Source: Desulfobacterales bacterium
GTDB lineage: Bacteria > Desulfobacterota > Desulfobacteria > Desulfobacterales > JAFDDL01
Assembly: GCA_034003325.1 (NCBI GenBank)
Contig: JAVEYW010000005.1
Coordinates: forward strand, 156,508-220,507
DNA: 64,000 nt
Direction: 5' to 3'
In this document: piece after piece, positions 54,417-60,589 of the stretch
Layout of the letters: each line of letters opens with the position of its first letter
How positions within the stretch are numbered: the first letter of the stretch is position 1
Translations under genes and position numbers: made by a program
Notes under the pieces: model-generated
Seen by the model: only the letters and a program-made list of their open reading frames with translations
Databases searched by the model: none
Told to the model about the DNA's origin: nothing

Positions 54417-54695
54417 TCACAACAATTCTGACAGCCAATAAGCACCAACGATTATCACGGTAATGGCTACTGTCCAAAGTTCATATACCACGCGCCAGGG
54501 CTTGGGTTTCCATTTCAATTCCATAAAATAGATGAAAACGAGACGCACCTTGAACGCGGCGATCAATATCACGGCGGTGGCTGCGATTTTTGCTGGATTT
54601 GCCTGATGCTCTGCGAGCCACCAGCTCAGGATGGTCACGGCCATCAGGGTCAACCAGACCCTTGTGGCGGGAAGACGAAACACGTTGTTGCTCAT
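54417..54695 (-). CDS. Small 3-TM protein, prokaryotic cytochrome oxidase subunit IV-like
   Basis: 92 aa with three TM helices. ATGA overlap with the upstream CoxIII-like gene. The assignment rests on size, topology and context only. Confidence 0.5.
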   Translation of the reverse strand: MSNNVFRLPATRVWLTLMAVTILSWWLAEHQANPAKIAATAVILIAAFKVRLVFIYFMELKWKPKPWRVVYELWTVAITVIIVGAYWLSELL

Positions 54696-55327
54696 GATGA
54701 AGCCCTCAATAGGTAAAGCATGGGAAAAAGAACAATCCAGAGCATATCCACCATATGCCAGTAGCTGCCGCTGGATTCAATCCATACGAGGTATTTATTG
54801 TCGATCGGCTCACGCCGCGCTTTGAAAAAACACACCAACATCACACCCATTCCGGCCAAAAAATGGATGAAATGAATGGCGGTAAACGCATAATAATAGG
54901 TGAAAAAAGGATTGGTCTGCGGTGTAATGCCGGCCTGAATTTTAATCGTATATTCGGTTATTTTTAAAACCGCGAAGCCGAGGCCGACCAACATGGCGAG
55001 CATGAGGTTTCGTTTCACAGAATCGCGATGGCCTTCCCGGGCGGCCTCTACGGCAAGAACCATAAACCAACTGCTTGTTAGTAGAATCAGTGTGTTTGCA
55101 AGGCCGAAGTTGGCGTTGAGAAGTTGACGAGACTGTTCATACAGTTCGGGATTGCTCAACCGTTCGACACTGAATACAAGGAAAAAAAGGCAGAACAGAA
55201 AGACGTCGGCTGTGATGAACGTCCAGATGCCGGGGTCGCCGGGCAATTTGATGCCCTCTGCCTTCACGGGGGTTTGCGTGGACACGTTGACCGTAGCCTG
55301 TTGTCTATAAAGTACGGTATCATGCAT
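54692..55327 (-). CDS. Cytochrome c oxidase subunit III family protein (NorE-like)
   Basis: 211 aa, 5 TM segments. The C-terminal SGSYWHMVDMLWIVLFPMLYL matches the conserved YWHFVDVVW block of subunit III. Confidence 0.75.
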   Translation of the reverse strand: MHDTVLYRQQATVNVSTQTPVKAEGIKLPGDPGIWTFITADVFLFCLFFLVFSVERLSNPELYEQSRQLLNANFGLANTLILLTSSWFMVLAVEAAREGHRDSVKRNLMLAMLVGLGFAVLKITEYTIKIQAGITPQTNPFFTYYYAFTAIHFIHFLAGMGVMLVCFFKARREPIDNKYLVWIESSGSYWHMVDMLWIVLFPMLYLLRASS

Positions 55328-56099
55328 TGGCCGGTTGCTCCATTTCTATACTCTGCATAGCCTTAACTTCAGGCGATACGGGAATTTTTCCCAGTGCTTC
55401 TTGTTCCAGGCGAGGAATGGCCTTAAGGACATAAACGGACATCCAAAAGCACCAGACATACCAGATCACAAATTCGATCCAGTAGTTAAGAATACCGTCG
55501 CGAGCAAAAGCGCCAGTTTTGAAAAAGGGCATCAGGCATTCGGTGGCGAATGAAATGCCGACCCAAATGCCGTACCAGGCGAACCATCTGGGAACGAGCG
55601 GTTTTTCACGCTTGTCGCTCAGAAAGGCGACGCCCATCGCTACAAGCTGAACCGTTGTGGTGGAATACGCCAGATCAATCAATATCCACGCCATGTCATA
55701 GAACGTCATGACGGCCCAATCCGGCAGCTCGGTCGGACGATATACGCAAGAAAGAAAAAAGGACAGGGAAACGAGGACAGGTACCACGGTCAGGCCGGCG
55801 CCCCAGACTTGCAGATCAATCAGAACACTGTCTTTGCCGACTATTTTTCCCATGATTCTGCCGATGACCACGCCAAATATCAGATAGGGGATACAAAAGG
55901 TCATGCTGACGACCATGCCGGTGCGTACCATATTGGCATTTTCGCGAAAATATCCGGCAATTTCAGCCGGGGGAAGGCTTGCGGAATGAGGTGGCAGGTT
56001 ATGGCCCATAATCGCCCAGAACACGACAAACACAAACATGAACAGCGGGCCGTTCCAAGCACAGATGCGCCAATAATTGAATTCTTTCAGATTTGACAT
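55320..56099 (-). CDS. Polytopic membrane protein of unknown function (259 aa)
   Basis: About 7 TM segments. The stop overlaps the CoxIII-like start by 8 nt. First gene of a three-gene operon. Confidence 0.55.
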   Translation of the reverse strand: MSNLKEFNYWRICAWNGPLFMFVFVVFWAIMGHNLPPHSASLPPAEIAGYFRENANMVRTGMVVSMTFCIPYLIFGVVIGRIMGKIVGKDSVLIDLQVWGAGLTVVPVLVSLSFFLSCVYRPTELPDWAVMTFYDMAWILIDLAYSTTTVQLVAMGVAFLSDKREKPLVPRWFAWYGIWVGISFATECLMPFFKTGAFARDGILNYWIEFVIWYVWCFWMSVYVLKAIPRLEQEALGKIPVSPEVKAMQSIEMEQPANA

Positions 56100-56281
56100 G
56101 ATTTGCTCTCCTCCTTGCGGGTTTGATGTTTCCGGTATGGACGCTCTTTACCGGTAACATAAGTGATGATGGTTGTTTATCTTGTAGCTGCGGAAAAAAT
56201 CAGCTTTGTGTGGCTTCGCGCCTTGGCCGAAAAGAAACGCTTTAAAATCAGCTTTATTTTACATATTGTGCTGATTGTATG

Positions 56282-56292
56282 GTCTGCTGGTT
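56282..56292 (-). promoter_or_regulatory. AACCARCAGAC motif, site 4 (AACCAGCAGAC on minus strand)
   Basis: rc of GTCTGCTGGTT. About 185 nt upstream of the 259-aa gene and downstream of a minus-strand TTGACA (rc of 56333-56338). Confidence 0.35.
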
Positions 56293-56534
56293 TTTAAACA
56301 CTTTCTTCATCTTTTACATTTATTTTTCTTGTTGTCAAGTTTAAAAAACGGTTTAAAAAACGGTGAAATTGTATTTGGGGTGAATAAGATTTATTAGCCT
56401 TTGAAAATTATGTATCTTTCGTTTTTTTTATGCCCATCATCACTTTCATTTTGGCCGTTTTGACGGATACCGCCAAAAGGGCGGCGAAAGGTATCAAAAA
56501 GACACTTTCTACGAGAAAATGGCGGTAGTTTTCT

Positions 56535-56564
56535 TTGACATGGTTATACCCATTGCCTTATGAT
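56535..56564 (+). promoter_or_regulatory. Candidate sigma70 promoter of GntR paralog 2
   Basis: TTGACA (56535-56540), 18 nt, TATGAT (56559-56564), about 110 nt upstream of GTG 56677. Confidence 0.35.
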
Positions 56565-56676
56565 GTGTTGAATGGGCGCAGAACCTTAATCCTGAAAAGA
56601 TGAGATTCCGTTAAAGGTTGCTGCGCATATGAAATTTTCAGTGGATGAATTCTATTTATATAAGGAGTAGCCGCTT

Positions 56677-57417
56677 GTGGCGATAGGACAGAATATTCCT
56701 CTTTTCTTTCGATTATATCACAAACTCAAGCAGGATATCATTCGGGGTGAAATCCAAAAAGGATCTAAAATCGAAACCATAGAAGAGTTGTCGCAGCGGC
56801 ATTCCATGTCGCAGACCAGTGTTCGAAAAAGTTTAGAACTTCTTGAAAAAGAGGGACTTTTATTTCGAAAACAGGGATGGGGCTCACTGGTTCCGGAGAA
56901 TTTGGATTTGCACTTTTTTGACTTGGCGGATCTTATCAGTTCGCGAAAAGCGATTCAGGAAGTTAAATATGCCGATATCCAACTGATTAGTTCGGAATGG
57001 ATCAACCCGACCCGTCGGTTGATAACGCTTCTGAATTGTAAGGATACTGCTTTGAAGGATAGAATACTCAGATTATATTGCCGGCTTAGTTTTACAGATA
57101 AATTAAAGTTTAAGGCACTGATGGTATTCTATTTCACAGAAAAGTGGCTAAAGGAAGGCGGAGTAACCGCTTCTTCGCCGGCTCGTGAAATCATTATTCG
57201 CGCTTCGGAATGGCTGGAGTCGGGCACCATAAAAATGAAAGAATCGCTTGTCCCTTTTCTCTGCACGGATGAAATGGCGGAAAATCTGGGACTACCTGAC
57301 GGCACACCGGTGTTCTATCAAACTGTGGGGTTCTTGGATACTGTTCACAAGACATGTATGAGCTGGGATATGATCAGCACGGCAAACGTTTTTTACCGTG
57401 ACATGAATTTGAATTAA
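56677..57417 (+). CDS. GntR-family transcriptional regulator, paralog 2
   Basis: AAGGAG 9 nt upstream of the GTG start. Same length (246 aa) and collinear with paralog 1. Confidence 0.8.
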   Translation: MAIGQNIPLFFRLYHKLKQDIIRGEIQKGSKIETIEELSQRHSMSQTSVRKSLELLEKEGLLFRKQGWGSLVPENLDLHFFDLADLISSRKAIQEVKYADIQLISSEWINPTRRLITLLNCKDTALKDRILRLYCRLSFTDKLKFKALMVFYFTEKWLKEGGVTASSPAREIIIRASEWLESGTIKMKESLVPFLCTDEMAENLGLPDGTPVFYQTVGFLDTVHKTCMSWDMISTANVFYRDMNLN

Positions 57418-57422
57418 TGGCC

Positions 57423-57541
57423 CTTAGACCCTGTATCAGAAGCATTCACGCTTTTGCGTGTGTCTTGACCGAAGGTGGTAGGTGCCTTTTTTTGCATCCC
57501 GGCATTTCAGCTTCCCAGCAATCCGGCTTCGCCGGGTTAGG
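57423..57541 (+). repeat. Family-1 structured intergenic element, copy F (most diverged forward copy)
   Basis: CTTAGA|CCCTGTATCAGAAGCATTCACGCTTTTGCGTGTGTCTTGACCGAAGGTGGTAGGTGCC...GCATCCCG GCATTTCA GCTTCCCA GCAATCCGGCTTCGCCGGGTTAGG. Begins 5 nt after the GntR-2 stop. Confidence 0.75.
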
Positions 57542-57574
57542 TACTGTCCATCAGAGATCAGCCGGTTTTTTAAC

Positions 57575-58501
57575 ATGGTAACATTCGCGCAAGGACGGGC
57601 AAGGCTGACGTTTCCCCTCCTTTTTTCTCAATCCGCCGTATCGGCCACCTGTGCCGCCATAATAGCCTCGGCTTTCCTGCTTGGCGGCTGTTCTGCTGTT
57701 TTCTCTTCCTATAGCGCATCGGCAACGATTCACATGGCCGACAATCTATCCCGCTCCTTTTTAAACTGCGATGATCCGGCCACTGTGGAAACCGCGGCAC
57801 CGGCATATCTGTTGATGATCGACAGCCTGCTGATTGACCACCCGAATAATGAGTCCTTGCTGCTTGTGGCGGTCAAGCTGTATACGAGCTACACAACCGC
57901 ATTTGTGAAAGACACGCAACGTGCCAAAAGCCTGAGTCAAAAAGGATTTGATTATGCGCTTCGTGCGGCGTGCAACCGGGACGTGAAGCTGTGCAAGGCG
58001 CGGGAAATGTCGTTTGATGGATACACTCAGGCCCTGTCCCAAATGACAAAGGCTGATTTACCGATACTCTATGCACTCGGCGCGGCCTGGGCGAATTATC
58101 TGGAGGCCCGCCAAGGCGATTGGCGGATGATTGCGCAAGTGCCGAGGGTTGAGGCGATCATGAAACGGGTGGTCGCGCTGAATGAGTTCTATGAAGACGG
58201 TGGGGCGCATCTGTATCTGGGCGTATTTGCGACCTTGGTGCCGCCGGCCTTGGGAGGGCGTCCAGAAATCGGAAAGGCACATTTCGAGCGCGCATTGGCG
58301 ATATCCGGTAAAAAAAATTTGATGGCCTACGTTCTGTACGCCAGGCATTACGCAAAAATGCTGTTTAACCGATCGCTGCACGACCGGCTGCTAAACGAGG
58401 TGCTGTCTTCGAATCCCCGAATGGATGGCTATATATTGAGCAATATGGTTGCGCAGGCCGAAGCACGGGACTTGCTGGCGGCGGCGGATGGCTATTTTTA
58501 G
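57575..58501 (+). CDS. TatT-like TPR lipoprotein (TRAP-T associated family)
   Basis: Lipobox LLGGC. AAPAYLLMIDSLLIDHPNNESLLLVAVKLYTSYTTAFV resembles the TatT family N-terminal region. No TRAP transporter genes are adjacent. Confidence 0.5.
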   Translation: MVTFAQGRARLTFPLLFSQSAVSATCAAIIASAFLLGGCSAVFSSYSASATIHMADNLSRSFLNCDDPATVETAAPAYLLMIDSLLIDHPNNESLLLVAVKLYTSYTTAFVKDTQRAKSLSQKGFDYALRAACNRDVKLCKAREMSFDGYTQALSQMTKADLPILYALGAAWANYLEARQGDWRMIAQVPRVEAIMKRVVALNEFYEDGGAHLYLGVFATLVPPALGGRPEIGKAHFERALAISGKKNLMAYVLYARHYAKMLFNRSLHDRLLNEVLSSNPRMDGYILSNMVAQAEARDLLAAADGYF

Positions 58502-58532
58502 TAACTTTTTTTATAAGGAATAATCAAAAAAG

Positions 58533-59378
58533 ATGGCTGAAAACCAAAAAAGAGCGATTCTCTGCCCGAACTGCCGCAAGTTGGTGAGCGCCGATGAGGT
58601 TCGATGTCCCTATTGCGGTCAAGCGGGCCCGGGCGCCGTTTGGCGGAATAACCCTCTGATGCGAGGATTTCAATCTTCGGATCAGTTTGTTAAAGTGATT
58701 ATTTGGGCGAACGTGGGGATGTTTTTTATTTCGATCCTGTTTAATCTGCGACAATTGCAAATTACGTTGAATCCCTTAAGCTTTCTCTCGCCGCACAGTG
58801 ATATTTTGATTCTTCTGGGGGCGACCGGCACTATTCCCATAGATCAACTTCACCGATGGTGGACGCTTATTACCGCTAATTATCTTCACGGCGGACTGCT
58901 CCATATTCTCTTCAACATGATGGCCGTTCGTCAGCTTGCGCCCTTTATCATTCGGGAGTTCGGCATGCATCGCATGTTTATTATTTACACGCTGGGAGGC
59001 GGGATAGGATTTTTGATTTCCTACATGGCGCGGGTGCGGCTGACGATCGGTGCTTCCGCCGCCCTTTGCGCCCTAATCGGCGCCGCTTTGTATTACGGCA
59101 AGAGCCGTGGTGGTGCTTATGGGCAGGCGGTATATCGCCAGGTTAGCGGCTGGGTGGTGGGTTTATTCTTCTTTGGCCTGCTGGTTCCCGGAATCAATAA
59201 TTGGGGCCACGGTGGCGGTATTGTGGGGGGGATCGCGCTGGCCTATTTTTTCGGGTATAATGAAAAGCGAAAGGAAACCATTGGGCACAAATACCTGGCT
59301 GTTTTGTTAGGGGTGATGACGGCGGCGACGCTGGCCTGGGCCGTGGTGAGCGGCGTGTATTTCCGGTTCGCTATTTAA
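58533..59378 (+). CDS. Rhomboid-family intramembrane serine protease with N-terminal zinc ribbon
   Basis: CPNC..CPYC ribbon. Rhomboid motifs HGGLLHILFNM, GASAALCALIGA (GxSxxxxG) and a downstream His in WGHGGG. Confidence 0.85.
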   Translation: MAENQKRAILCPNCRKLVSADEVRCPYCGQAGPGAVWRNNPLMRGFQSSDQFVKVIIWANVGMFFISILFNLRQLQITLNPLSFLSPHSDILILLGATGTIPIDQLHRWWTLITANYLHGGLLHILFNMMAVRQLAPFIIREFGMHRMFIIYTLGGGIGFLISYMARVRLTIGASAALCALIGAALYYGKSRGGAYGQAVYRQVSGWVVGLFFFGLLVPGINNWGHGGGIVGGIALAYFFGYNEKRKETIGHKYLAVLLGVMTAATLAWAVVSGVYFRFAI

Positions 59379-59424
59379 TTGGGCCATAAGCCTGACCAGT
59401 AAACATGGCCGGGAGAAAGGCGAA

Positions 59425-59829
59425 TTACAGTTGTCGGAGAATGCCGGTGATTTCCCGTTCGAATTTGATGCCGATGCCTTTTTTATCCTTTCTTGTGATT
59501 CTCCCGTTCACTTTGACGGGTTTGCGGCTTTTCGGATGTTCCAGTGTCATAATGATTTCCCTGCCGACCGAAAAAGGTCCGGCCGGTTCGATGAACATTC
59601 CCGTAGCGCTGATATTTCTGGTCACGCCGGAGGCTATGCGCTGATTGTCCGAATAAATTACTTCCGTGCAATAATCGATTCTCGGGTAATCCCGATCATC
59701 TTTTATCCATTGCTTGATGGCTGCGAGAAGATATTTCTGCTGCGCTTGGGACAATTGTTTGATCACTTCGTTCAGTTGATCCATCGTGCTCTTTCCGCCT
59801 GCGTCCGCCGGCGTTTGAAATTCGATCAT
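59425..59829 (-). CDS. PilZ-domain protein
   Basis: AGGAGG RBS before ATG 59829. RDYPR (RxxxR) and NISATG ((D/N)xSxxG) c-di-GMP-binding motifs. Confidence 0.7.
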   Translation of the reverse strand: MIEFQTPADAGGKSTMDQLNEVIKQLSQAQQKYLLAAIKQWIKDDRDYPRIDYCTEVIYSDNQRIASGVTRNISATGMFIEPAGPFSVGREIIMTLEHPKSRKPVKVNGRITRKDKKGIGIKFEREITGILRQL

Positions 59830-59879
59830 GGTACCTCCTTTTAACTCATTGCAGCGCTTGCGATGAGTCATATCACCGC

Positions 59880-60479
59880 TTAGCCCTCGACAATAGAGAT
59901 GAAATCCATGTTAATAATAGCGGCTTGAATGGGACGGCCCCTGAAGTCGGCGTCATAAACCAGCAACCATTGCTTGCCCGGAAGATTCAGCAGGTCACTG
60001 ACCCGATCGGTTTGCTGGGCTTCACCCCACAGGTTGATTTTCCCGGTGATTTGACCGATTGAGGATTTTAATTTGATGGTAACGGGGGTATCCTGCCTCA
60101 ATTCCGGGTTGAAATGTACAAACTGCTCATGGGGGATGACCATGGCGATGTCTTTGACACTGACCATGACAACTTTTCCGGGGATTCCGATAAACACGGT
60201 GTTATATAAGGTGACAAACCGGATTTCACTTTTAATGAAGAAATCACTGACCCGGTCCACCATCACCCGGGCGGAATTAAGATTGATGGTTCCTTTGTAT
60301 TCCCCGCTTCCGGTAATGATGGAAATATTCTTATCGTTTGTAACCGTTCTTCTGTCCGGCATGCCCCGGCGGTTTTCTATCCCGTTTTCCCGGGTATCGG
60401 GCTTTCCGATTCGTCGGTTGATTGGACCGGTGCGCCTTTCATCAGGCGGGTTTTGATTGAAACGGAATTCCTCTTCCAT
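59880..60479 (-). CDS. Hypothetical protein with Arg-rich N-terminus and an internally duplicated ~60-aa domain
   Basis: AAGGAG RBS before ATG 60479. Domain repeats G.Y.GTINL....DRVSDFF...TLY... and G.ITGKINL....DRVSDLL...LVY... Confidence 0.5.
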   Translation of the reverse strand: MEEEFRFNQNPPDERRTGPINRRIGKPDTRENGIENRRGMPDRRTVTNDKNISIITGSGEYKGTINLNSARVMVDRVSDFFIKSEIRFVTLYNTVFIGIPGKVVMVSVKDIAMVIPHEQFVHFNPELRQDTPVTIKLKSSIGQITGKINLWGEAQQTDRVSDLLNLPGKQWLLVYDADFRGRPIQAAIINMDFISIVEG

Positions 60480-60589
60480 ATCGAGGCATCTCCTTAATTG
60501 GTCATTCGGAAGCATTAACGGCTGCTGATTATGTTACTATTCCAAATGAAAAATAATTTGTCAAATGGTTTCAGCGCATTGCAAATCAA

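Noticed and set aside
6872-57541. Whether the dispersed repeats could be a CRISPR array.
   Set aside because: Copies are kilobases apart and separated by genes, they are ~110-210 nt long and internally structured, and no cas genes are present.
57575-58501. TatT-like gene as evidence of a TRAP-T transporter system.
   Set aside because: No TRAP permease or binding-protein genes are adjacent. The family assignment itself is from memory and of moderate confidence.
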